Origin: Candidatus Thorarchaeota archaeon
GTDB lineage: Archaea; Asgardarchaeota; Thorarchaeia; Thorarchaeales; Thorarchaeaceae
Length of the DNA stretch: 28,013 nt
Assembly (NCBI GenBank): GCA_048882485.1
Contig: JBHLRP010000044.1
Location: 1 to 28,013 of the forward strand
Direction: 5' to 3'
Positions 1 to 8,900 of this stretch are shown one piece after another (the stretch's first letter is position 1; the number at the start of each line of letters is the position of its first letter). The notes beneath the pieces are model-generated. The model was given only the letters and a program-made list of their open reading frames with translations, was not told the DNA's origin and searched no databases. The translations under genes and the position numbers were made by a program.

Positions 1-206
1 TCTCTTTTCACACCACATGCTCTAATTCCATCTCCAACTCCGCTTTCATTACGGTATGCCTGAGCTGTATCAATATGCCGATAACCAATTTTCGCAGCAT
101 CCTTAACTGCCTGTCCCACATTTTCATTACTGATAAACCAGGTTCCAAGACCTAGTTTTGGGATCTCAACCCCATTAGATAGAGTATACTCTTCTTCCAA
201 AATCAT
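1..206 (-). CDS. Aldo/keto reductase (AKR family), 5' part only; runs off the window start
   Basis: Not in the ORF track. Manual translation from ATG at 206: MILEEEYTLSNGVEIPKLGLGTWFISNENVGQAVKDAAKIGYRHIDTAQAYRNESGVG, with the AKR motifs LGLGTW and GYRHIDTAxxYxNE. AGGAGA RBS at 215-220. Confidence 0.93.
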   Translation of the reverse strand, partial: MILEEEYTLSNGVEIPKLGLGTWFISNENVGQAVKDAAKIGYRHIDTAQAYRNESGVGDGIRACGVKR

Positions 207-228
207 AACTAAGATCTCCTTTTTTTAC

Positions 229-636
229 CTACAATTTATCATATTCCTCATCACTTACTTCTCCCAGCCATTCTGCATCCCCTTCCTGTGGATTGGTTGA
301 CATTCCAATGTGAACGAACCAACTGCTCTTTCTTGCGCCATGCCAGTGTTTTACATTGGGAGGTATCTTAACAACATCCCCTGGACTTAGAGGTCGTGCA
401 GGTTTTCCATCTTCCTGATAATACCCTTCTCCACCAGTGACTAGCAGAATCTGTCCGCCTGGGTGAGAATGCCAAAAGGTTCTCCCGCTGGGTTCAAATG
501 TCACATTATAGACTGGGCAATTGTACTCCTTATCTGTGACTAGCATCTCAACCCATACAGACCCTGTGAATATTGTATTGGGTGCTTTCTCTCCTTTTGG
601 AAAGATCACACTCTTGCCTAGATCTATTGAATCCAT
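229..636 (-). CDS. Cupin domain protein
   Basis: Cupin motifs WHSHPGGQILLVTGGEG and PGDVVKIPPNVKHWHGA; ends 22 bp upstream of the AKR start on the same strand. Confidence 0.9.
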   Translation of the reverse strand: MDSIDLGKSVIFPKGEKAPNTIFTGSVWVEMLVTDKEYNCPVYNVTFEPSGRTFWHSHPGGQILLVTGGEGYYQEDGKPARPLSPGDVVKIPPNVKHWHGARKSSWFVHIGMSTNPQEGDAEWLGEVSDEEYDKL

Positions 637-676
637 TTTTTATTCCTCATTTTTCGATATGCTTATTAGTGTTGTA

Positions 677-726
677 ATATTACTTAGTTGTAACATAAAA
701 CTTGGTAAGAATAAGTTACTTAAGTA
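677..726. promoter_or_regulatory. Candidate HxlR operator sites in the divergent cupin/hxlR promoter
   Basis: Imperfect palindrome ATATTAC-N6-GTAACAT (677-696) and perfect palindrome TACTTAAGTA (717-726) in an AT-rich intergenic region. Confidence 0.4.
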
Positions 727-759
727 CTTGATGTGAGTTCAAGGTTACAAGGTGAGCGT

Positions 760-1143
760 ATGACTACTGAAACCGAACAGGTACCACGATTAACAATGGA
801 TGCATATATGGAATTGTCCAAGAAATGGGCGGTATTTTTGCTAAAAGATATGTTCTTGGGCTGTAAAAGGTTCAGTGACTTCTTGGAGGTGCACCCTGAA
901 TTGAGCAATAGGGTCTTGTCAGATCAATTAAAGGGATTAGAAAAACATGGTTACATTGAGAAGAAGCTGATCTCTATGAGTCCTATTCGTGCTGAATACG
1001 TACTAACAGAACTTGGAAGAGGCTTGAATAAGATGCTCTATGAAAAAGCAATGTTTGCAATCAAATTTGGACTTGCAGACAGAAATGACGACTACTTCAG
1101 AGGCCATGACATCGAAAAGGCGTTCGGGATAGAGGAACAGTAG
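760..1143 (+). CDS. HxlR-family winged-helix transcriptional regulator
   Basis: KKWAVFLL...KRFSDF...LSNRVLSDQLKGLEKHG...PIRAEYVLTELG matches the HxlR pattern. Start moved from GTG 733 to ATG 760 because of a GGTGA RBS at 751-755. Confidence 0.92.
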   Translation: MTTETEQVPRLTMDAYMELSKKWAVFLLKDMFLGCKRFSDFLEVHPELSNRVLSDQLKGLEKHGYIEKKLISMSPIRAEYVLTELGRGLNKMLYEKAMFAIKFGLADRNDDYFRGHDIEKAFGIEEQ

Positions 1144-1193
1144 ATGCATTGATGTGTTCTTGGTAATGATAGAAAAGGTAGAAGTTGGCAGTG
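1092..1193 (+). repeat. Direct repeat A, copy 1 (hxlR 3' end plus 50 nt downstream)
   Basis: 102 bp aligning without gaps to 2235-2336; first 43 bp identical, 11 mismatches in total by manual alignment. Confidence 0.97.
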
Positions 1194-1315
1194 ATTTGGT
1201 ATCAAAGTAGGCTTAGAAAGTATCATTTCATTTTCGTTCTAAGCAATTGTTGCGCCGAAGAATTTTGTTAAAATGCCTCCAGAGATAACTCGATTGATAA
1301 TCCATGGGAGATTGA

Positions 1316-2209
1316 TTGTTCTTGGAGATAGTACAAAACGAGAAACCTATAGAAACTGAAGAAGCAGCCGCATTAAATTCCTCATCAAAAGGATTCCTAG
1401 CTTTGCTCATTATTGGTTGTAGTTTCCTTGTCTTCAATGTGGGAGGATACAATGATTTTATCCCTAGAGAATCGATTCTTATCAGCAGAGTTAGTGTTGT
1501 CGGTATTCTACTCCTCTCAACATTCATTCTTTACAGATCAAAAGGAAGATGGCACGAATTCTGGCGACTATCATTCTTCTTCATGATTGCGTCATTGGGC
1601 TTCCTCCTAGCTTGGTTCTTTGGAAGATGGTATCAACTAATCCCAGGGCTCTCAACAAGTACAGTTGAGGGAGCAGCAGTCGCAAAGGTTGCAGAAGTCC
1701 TCCCCATTGTTTCTGCGATTCTGGTTGGATTATGGTTGGTCGAGAAGGATTTCGCATACTTCTACTTACGTGGAGGCGACCTGAAGAAGAGCATCAAGAT
1801 TGGCCTTCTCGTTTCGCCTGCTGGACTCTACGCATTTGTCTTACTTGGGGGATTCGGATTCTCCGCGAGCCTAGACACATTAGCAACGTGGATACCATGG
1901 TTGATTGTGTTCGCATTTTCAAATGCATTTATGGAGGAGCTCATGATCAGAGGTCTATTCCTCAGGAGATACGAATCACTTTTTGGTCGAAAACAGTCCT
2001 TGATATTGACATCTGTCATCTTTGCGCTGTTTCACTTGGCAATAATTGGTTTCACCGATTTTATCACCTTCTGGATCTATCTCAGCATTCCACTGGTCCT
2101 CGGCTTATTGTGGGGCTATACAATTCAGAAGTCTGAAAACATCTGGGGTGCAGTGCTTGCACATCTTATTGCTGACGTAATCTTCGTCTTAGCGATATTT
2201 GGAGTGTAA
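1316..2209 (+). CDS. CPBP (CAAX/Abi) family intramembrane metalloprotease
   Basis: Multiple TM segments with motifs EELMIRG, FALFH and HLIAD. Start codon (TTG) uncertain. Confidence 0.92.
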   Translation: MFLEIVQNEKPIETEEAAALNSSSKGFLALLIIGCSFLVFNVGGYNDFIPRESILISRVSVVGILLLSTFILYRSKGRWHEFWRLSFFFMIASLGFLLAWFFGRWYQLIPGLSTSTVEGAAVAKVAEVLPIVSAILVGLWLVEKDFAYFYLRGGDLKKSIKIGLLVSPAGLYAFVLLGGFGFSASLDTLATWIPWLIVFAFSNAFMEELMIRGLFLRRYESLFGRKQSLILTSVIFALFHLAIIGFTDFITFWIYLSIPLVLGLLWGYTIQKSENIWGAVLAHLIADVIFVLAIFGV

Positions 2210-2234
2210 CTATCTAGTCCTTCTTCTTCGAGGG

Positions 2235-2336
2235 CTACTTCAGAGGCCATGACATCGAAAAGGCGTTCGGGATAGAGAAACAATAGATCCAATGATGTGT
2301 CCACAATAATGATAGAAAAGTGAGAAGTTGGCAGTG
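2235..2336 (+). repeat. Direct repeat A, copy 2: orphan hxlR 3' end (YFRGHDIEKAFGIEKQ*) plus downstream DNA
   Basis: Matches 1092-1193 and encodes an alternative HxlR C-terminus with stop at 2284-2286. Confidence 0.97.
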
Positions 2337-2364
2337 CAAGAGCACAACCAACTTCAAGGTATTG

Positions 2365-2409
2365 CTATTTCATGGTCTTGACCCATTCAAAGACAGGCAT
2401 ACAGAAATC
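2365..2409 (-). pseudogene. Repeat B, orphan copy: 3'-end remnant of the DUF35 gene (DFCMPVFEWVKTMK*)
   Basis: Aligns to 3663-3707 (ELCAPVIEWVKTMK*) at 34/45 nt, with an exact 16-bp core GTCTTGACCCATTCAA (2375-2390 and 3673-3688). In-frame stop just upstream at 2425-2427. Confidence 0.9.
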
Positions 2410-2518
2410 ATTCAGAAGCTCCTCCTATCAGCTCAACAACCAAGGTGTATGTCTAGGCAGGTGAAGCAAAAGGCGCTGGGTCTAGCTCTCCTTAGCTGAG
2501 AGGAAGGACCGGTTTCAT

Positions 2519-3391
2519 TTATCTTCTCCGAAAGAAGATGGTGACCGCCAAAGCACCAAGAAGCCCAAACAATACGACCAGGGCTAGCAAAGGTGGAAAT
2601 TCAATGCTGGTTTGTGCATGACCATTCGAGGTAGTAGACGATGTGACTGGAACAGAGAGAGCCATGAGTTGTTGGAAACCTCCGAGGACAAACAAGCTCG
2701 AACTTGTTTCAAATGGAGTCCCTTCAAGATAGCATCTGACTGAGAAGTGATAGACTGTTTCTTCTTGTGGAGTGAATATGTAGCGTAGGACATGAGGAGT
2801 TTCATTTACGAAGATATTGTCCTTTACCACAATTCCATTAATGAGGACCTCAAGACCGAGTACATTGTCCATTACGTACCAAATCATAGTGGCATTTTGG
2901 CCTACATACACGCTAGTATTGCTTGTTTCAGTTAGATCAGGAAATCCCTCGGGAGGCGAATTGCTGACTAGCTCTTTTCCTTCATCATATTCTATCTGAA
3001 TGTGCTCAGTTGCAGTATTATTCATGTCGTCGTACAGAATGACTGTGATGTTGAATCTTGTAAGATACGGGTTTATACTGTAGGTATAATTGAAGGGTTC
3101 ACCGTCCCATTCGAATCTATTAGCCAGAAAATTGCCAAGATAATGTTCTTGCCATGCTGGTTCGGTTTCATTACTCAGCATCGAACATTCGCAGAAGATT
3201 GTAATGGCATCATTAGCGTCAGTATAATTGGTGATAGCATAAGTGAAATTTTGAATAAATGGTCCGTCAACTGCTTGCGATACCACATTCATGCGGATTA
3301 TAGGTTGGCCAACATTATCTAATTGGTTCGAATACATGAACTGAGTTGACACAAGCAAGAACGCGAAAATCAACCACAGCTTATATCTCAT
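2519..3391 (-). CDS. Hypothetical secreted, C-terminally membrane-anchored protein
   Basis: N-terminal signal peptide, beta-rich ectodomain with several NxS/T sequons, S/T linker, C-terminal TM helix ending in RRR. Confidence 0.85.
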   Translation of the reverse strand: MRYKLWLIFAFLLVSTQFMYSNQLDNVGQPIIRMNVVSQAVDGPFIQNFTYAITNYTDANDAITIFCECSMLSNETEPAWQEHYLGNFLANRFEWDGEPFNYTYSINPYLTRFNITVILYDDMNNTATEHIQIEYDEGKELVSNSPPEGFPDLTETSNTSVYVGQNATMIWYVMDNVLGLEVLINGIVVKDNIFVNETPHVLRYIFTPQEETVYHFSVRCYLEGTPFETSSSLFVLGGFQQLMALSVPVTSSTTSNGHAQTSIEFPPLLALVVLFGLLGALAVTIFFRRR

Positions 3392-3662
3392 AGATACGCC
3401 CCCATAGCCATTCTTACGTCAAGCAAGCTTCTCAATAAAAGCTCTTCCGTCTTCTCGAATCTAGAAAGGAATCGACTCTGACCTTATCAGCATGGATTGA
3501 GCAGGTTGACTATACGAAGCTTGTAGACCTGAAAGAATAGCCTTCATAATAGAGCGATTTGATGTGTTCCTATTAGATGATGTAGAAACTGCAAACCAAT
3601 CCACTGTGAAAAGAAAGTCGAACTGGAAGCCTGATGACTCCCAGCTCATCTGATTAATTGTG

Positions 3663-4328
3663 TCACTTCATCGTCTTGACCCATTCAATGACTGGAGCAC
3701 ATAACTCTTTGATGCGTTCCTTTTCTTCATTCATAGGTCCCGGTTTCCAGCCATCCGCTGGCTCGAAGTGCCAGTCTGTGACGGTGCCTTGCCGCTCGTT
3801 CTTTGGCTTCCAGACGACCTTGACAGGCATACCAAATTCTGCATCCCATGGATCGATGCCTCTCAACTCATTTGCAATTGCAGTCTTGCAACCATCAACT
3901 ATGACATATGCCAAAACGAAGGGTAATCGTTTCAATGAGGACTTTCCGCTCCACCCGGCAATCGTAAATGTGTGAACAGTGCCCTCCTGCTTCAATTCAG
4001 TCCATTCGGTCTTCGCGAGATTATCGTCGAGATTCCAACAATTTACTCTCGGCGGGAAGAACTTGTCACCGCACTTCGGACACCTTGTACCCCAGAACTC
4101 ACCATCGACAAAGCCTTTGCCAAGCTTGGATACTTCAGCATATTTCCAATAATACAATTGGTCATAATGCAGATACACCTTAAACTGCTCAGTAGCTGAG
4201 TCATAATCATAGCCCATAAAACCAATACCGGTCTCCTTGACATCACCGCGGAATTCATCGGAGTGTTTGTCATCCCACTCCACATCAGTATGACCCGGAA
4301 TCTTGTGCATTCTCTTGTCCTTGGTCAT
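3663..4328 (-). CDS. DUF35 family Zn-ribbon/OB-fold protein (thiolase partner)
   Basis: GTRCPKCGDKFFPPRVNC, GTVHTFT, PFVLAYV and GMPVKVVW are DUF35 hallmarks; starts 2 bp after the thiolase stop. Confidence 0.92.
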   Translation of the reverse strand: MTKDKRMHKIPGHTDVEWDDKHSDEFRGDVKETGIGFMGYDYDSATEQFKVYLHYDQLYYWKYAEVSKLGKGFVDGEFWGTRCPKCGDKFFPPRVNCWNLDDNLAKTEWTELKQEGTVHTFTIAGWSGKSSLKRLPFVLAYVIVDGCKTAIANELRGIDPWDAEFGMPVKVVWKPKNERQGTVTDWHFEPADGWKPGPMNEEKERIKELCAPVIEWVKTMK

Positions 4329-4330
4329 CT

Positions 4331-5608
4331 CTATGGCCTCCTCAGAATGAAGTTCGAGATACTTGTTCCAGTACCTGCATGGCTGTTGACAAGACCGGTG
4401 TTTGCATCTTTCACATAGGTCTTGGAACTCAAGTGCTTCTTTGGTGCGGTGTCATTCAGATGATACATGCACTCGACCGCGGACATGATGCCTGTAGCAC
4501 CCACGGGATGGCCATATCCCATCAAACCTCCACCGATGTTTGTGGGGACTTCGCCATCAAGAAAGGTTTCTTTGTCACGAATGAAACTCTTCATATTGTC
4601 CTTGTCGCACCAATGGAGTGCTTTGTAAATCTGAACCTCGGAGGAGCTGAAGGCATCGTGGATCTCAGCCACATCGAGCTCCTTCGCCGCTTTCTTGTAT
4701 TCAATACCAGCCATATCGTATGCAACCTCTCCAGACCGTCGACAGGCTGCGAACTCAGTCATGTCAGGATACCCCTTTCCGTACATCTTATTCCAGTTTG
4801 GAAAATCAATACGGTCTCCGGCACGAATCGTGCAGCTACTAAGGCCAGCCCCATCGATGACAACATAGTTGCTCGGAGCATGCTTCTTCGCCCATTCCTC
4901 ACTTGTAATCAATGCAAATGCCCCACCTCGACTCATGAGGCAACAATCAAGTCGCTTCAACGGGTAGCTAATGAGACGGCTCTCCATCACGTCTTCGATA
5001 GTCAGGGTCTTTTTATGGTAACGAGACTTCGGATTGGTGTAGTCACTCCGGTACCACTGAGACTTCTCATTGTCTGCCGCATAATTCCTGTTCTTCATCG
5101 CAGCATAGGCGAAGTCTTCTTCTGTGAGACCGTTTTCCTTCATGAACTTGTAGGCCATTGCAGCGTAGTAGATCGGATATATTCCACCAGCCAGAGCCTC
5201 GTAGCGTGTGTCGGATGCAAGGGCTATGAACTCTGAGCCCTGTGACTGGGTGACATTGTCCATTGTTTCCCAGCCCGCTACCCCAACAACATCGAAGAGG
5301 CCAGACTTTATTGCAAGGAATGCACCGTAGAGGGCAGACCCTCCAGTATTTCCGCCGTTCTCAATTCGCACGTGCGGAAGTCCGACTAGTCCCAAGTGAT
5401 CATGAACAATCCACTCCGGGCAGAGTTGTTTGCCAAAGTGCACTGAAAAGTGAGAATAGACCATGAACTCTAGGTCTTGCAAGTGGAAGTCGGGTACATC
5501 TCCTTGAGTCTCCACAATTGCGTTGGCAATCATCCCTTCCGGGGTTATATGCATGGGATAGTCGAAAGGTGTCACCGCACCGCCTGCGATACAGACTTTT
5601 CGACTCAT
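4331..5608 (-). CDS. Thiolase-superfamily protein (SCP2 type) lacking the nucleophilic Cys
   Basis: EIHDAF and GHPVGATG motifs, PLKRLDCC; ENGGNTG where ENACASG is expected. Start assigned to ATG 5608 (MSRKVCIAG) rather than 5740. Confidence 0.9.
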   Translation of the reverse strand: MSRKVCIAGGAVTPFDYPMHITPEGMIANAIVETQGDVPDFHLQDLEFMVYSHFSVHFGKQLCPEWIVHDHLGLVGLPHVRIENGGNTGGSALYGAFLAIKSGLFDVVGVAGWETMDNVTQSQGSEFIALASDTRYEALAGGIYPIYYAAMAYKFMKENGLTEEDFAYAAMKNRNYAADNEKSQWYRSDYTNPKSRYHKKTLTIEDVMESRLISYPLKRLDCCLMSRGGAFALITSEEWAKKHAPSNYVVIDGAGLSSCTIRAGDRIDFPNWNKMYGKGYPDMTEFAACRRSGEVAYDMAGIEYKKAAKELDVAEIHDAFSSSEVQIYKALHWCDKDNMKSFIRDKETFLDGEVPTNIGGGLMGYGHPVGATGIMSAVECMYHLNDTAPKKHLSSKTYVKDANTGLVNSHAGTGTSISNFILRRP

Positions 5609-5844
5609 TTGAATCACTAAATCCTCATTCTCCCACCTACATTGGTGGTCGATTTCTGCGGCAGACCGACTGATACTGGTACTTAACAGCTTCGGCTTTT
5701 CCCAAATCGAGCATGTAGACCAAATGCAGAAAGAAGTCACGCTGTATTCTTGGAAAAAGAAGGAATTTGATGATTAATCGAATGAATGCATCCGAATATT
5801 TGTTAATAATGTCGAGATTCATTTAGAATCTGTCCTCAGAGGGC

Positions 5845-5860
5845 TGCTAGTTGACTAGCA
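5845..5860. promoter_or_regulatory. Palindrome TGCTAG-TTGA-CTAGCA upstream of the giant surface protein gene
   Basis: Perfect 6-4-6 inverted repeat ending 48 bp before ATG 5909. Confidence 0.35.
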
Positions 5861-5908
5861 CAATCTCCTTACCCTACTGGTGAATCGACCCGAACAGGGT
5901 GAATCGTT

Positions 5909-8900
5909 ATGAAAGCCAAAGTCAGAGTTCTGCTATTATGTGTGATTCTATCTATTCTAGCAGCACCAACATACCCTTCTTCTATTTCTACACAGAATCG
6001 GACACCAGATGGCGAAGGGAATAATCCTGGAACTGCAACTCAATTGTTGGACAATGGCGACGATGAGCCTCTAATTCTGTCTGAAATTCCCTCATCTACT
6101 TCTGGAGCAGGTACGCTATTAGATGTCACAGAGTACGTCAATGGGACATTTAGTGGGAGAAGGGCAAGAGCGAACGAGTCGTCAACATTCTACAGCACCT
6201 CATTCGATCTGCCTAGCGGATGGTCTGCATCACAGGTGACGGCAATAAGCTCTCAGATGTACCATGTTGTGGATTGGGTGAGCAATGGTGACTTCTCCCT
6301 GGGAAACTCGACAACTCCTGAGGATTGGGCGGATTACGTTGACCACACTGAAGCTAATCCAACTTATGATTCAATTAATGATTGGATACTAATTACTAGA
6401 GCCTCAGGCGGAAAAGTAGGATACGACTATTGGGGTTCATGGAACCAAACACTGAGTGTAAATGAAGGAGATGCTGTCCATGCATTGCTAAACGTCAGTT
6501 ATAGAATTACTACTACGACGGGCACAAATGGTCAGAACGCGCTTCCGTATGTCTATGTAAACGGAACGGTCTGGGAATTGCCCACTGGGGGAAAGCGATT
6601 CTCTGTCAATCAAGAGTGGCAGGTCTTTTCTCTTGAATTGGACCCTGATAGTTTTGACTTCCCCGGAGTTCTAACAGTTGCTTTTGGTATCAGGGGTTTT
6701 GCGGACACTCAATTTCAGACAACAGGAGTGTTATACTGCGACAATGTCAGCTTGACTCTCGAAACCTCAAGGCTTCCAGAAGCTGTGAGTCTTATGGCAA
6801 GAGATGCCAACGAACAGCTAAATACTCAAGACTTCATAACTGGGGCTCTTGGAAAAGGCTATGCGACTCTTTTCGGGGACTGGACGAATCAAGTTTCGCT
6901 CGAGTTCATAGCTAACGAGTCTGGAACAGAGTTTACGCTTGAGCTGTTTGTTCCACTGACCCAGGATGTCACTCTTGACTCAAACTCTTATCAAATCAGC
7001 AATGGAACTGATGCTACGTGGGAGTCGCGTTTCTTCGTTGAGGAAATGGGAGATCCTTTCACGTACTACTACTTTAACGTTTCAATTCCTGAGGATTGGA
7101 CCTTAGTCCAAATCCTTGATGGATTTGATGTAGTTCAGCTGTCAGGTGCTTCATATTACAATGCAAGTTTCTATTCAGGAGATTCCGTTCTCAAATGTAG
7201 TGTTGCAGGCACCGGGGTAGTAGGTACACCCCACTACGGCACCTGGAAGATAAGCTCAGTCTCCCCCAACTATGGAAAAACAACATCGTTCTGGGCGGGT
7301 TCAGGTTCCAGTTGGACTCAGACTGATACATTCTATCCCTTGTCGAATCTGAGAGTGAACGTGACTTTTCAGGACGAATTGAACAATGGCCCCATGTCAC
7401 CCGGAATTGCAGACATCGAATTCTATGACTCAGAAGGAGCTCCTGTCTTCTCCGAAGCTGGAGAAACCGTGGACTCGAATGGAATAGTCACATTTCAGAA
7501 TGGGACAGGGTCATCAAACATTACGATTTTGTCGTCATGGCTTCCTGGTACAATCACAGCTCTAGCAAGTTGGAGCAATGGTACCGCAGTGGGCGAAATT
7601 CGTAGGGAACTCTACATCTATCATAGAACGACCATTGAGGTTGAGTCATCTATCTATCAAGCTTTTAGAGGGGATTCTGTTTCTGTGAGAGTCCGATATA
7701 TTGACTTGGAAACAAATCTCGGAATCTCTGGGGCGACATTGTATTTCTCATGGGTATATGGATCAGGTTCAATGGGATATGCAGGCGGTGGGTACTATGC
7801 AGGAGCTGTTGATACTTCACTTGCCGAGATTGGCAGTTACTTGATCACAACCAATGCTTCAAAGGCATTCTACGATTTTGCAGATGTCACATTCATCACT
7901 CTTGAGGTACAGGAAAGGACACAGCTCCTTGTACACGAAGGCTCTAGAATCGACCGAACTTCGTTCGATGTTGCGTGGGGAGATTCAAACATGTTTTACC
8001 TTAGCTATGACGATATAATAGCCATGAACCCATCAAATCTAACGGCAGACATCGGTACGCTATCAAATCCTGATGTCACTGACACATATACTTCCAATAA
8101 CCAGTATGCAGTCATTGATAGTGTAGCCAATAGCATCTCACTGATCATTGAAGTGAATGCCACATCTTACGACCTGAATGTTTCTGATTTGGCTTCACTT
8201 ACTTACAAATTTGAGGGAAGATTCGATGCTGATGGGGTTGCTGGAAGTGTATCAGTCTATGACTTCTCCGCTTCGAATTGGGAAGTGGCTATCTCAACCT
8301 ATTCTGATTCAAGTGATACCACGAGATCTTGGCGGTCACTCAGTCTTGCCAACTTCATCTCTACAAGTGGTATAGTAAGGGCCAGGGTCGATGCCTCATT
8401 CACCTCTGCGTTTAGCTACTACCTCGATATGTTCGACTTTATTGCTGCCAGACCGATAAATGACTCAACACCCGGCATTTCACTCACAGGAGACTGGACA
8501 GTTCAATCAGGCGGCGCACAAATAGGGCCCTCGTTTAACAGCAGCTTGAGTCAATGGCAAATTCAAATCAGTACAGTAGGAGTATCACCAGGAGAGTATT
8601 CTTTGACATTAGAAGCCTCTGCGAGTGGACATCAACTGCAATCCAGACAAATCACTATTCGAGTTGGCTCGCACTTCCTGCGAATTATCCCAGATACGCC
8701 TTCAGAAACTGCATGGTCTGAAAACACTTGGGTCAACTTCTCAATAGAAGATGGAATCGATGATTTATTGGTAATCAGTGAGTCCAACATCTCAAGAGTG
8801 GAAATGAGCTCTGTGTTCGGTATTGAAATCTTCACAAGCACAAACTGGACATATGACTCAAGCTCAGGTTTAGCATCAATTGGCTTTTGGGTAGACACAA

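Noticed and set aside
1211-1244. Inverted repeat GCTTAGAA-N18-TTCTAAGC upstream of CPBP as an element end
   Set aside because: No matching copy at the other end of the insert; could be a terminator or chance.
1092-2336. Diversity-generating retroelement TR/VR pair
   Set aside because: The size and 3'-end position fit, but only 6 of 11 mismatches are at adenines of copy 2, most lie in non-coding DNA, the coding part is nearly invariant, and there is no reverse transcriptase in the window.
3461-3649. 62-aa minus-strand ORF between DUF35 and the 290-aa gene
   Set aside because: No motif or clear RBS; probably non-coding DNA of the inserted segment.
4379-5236. 285-aa plus-strand ORF
   Set aside because: Antisense shadow of the thiolase-like gene with no recognisable motifs.
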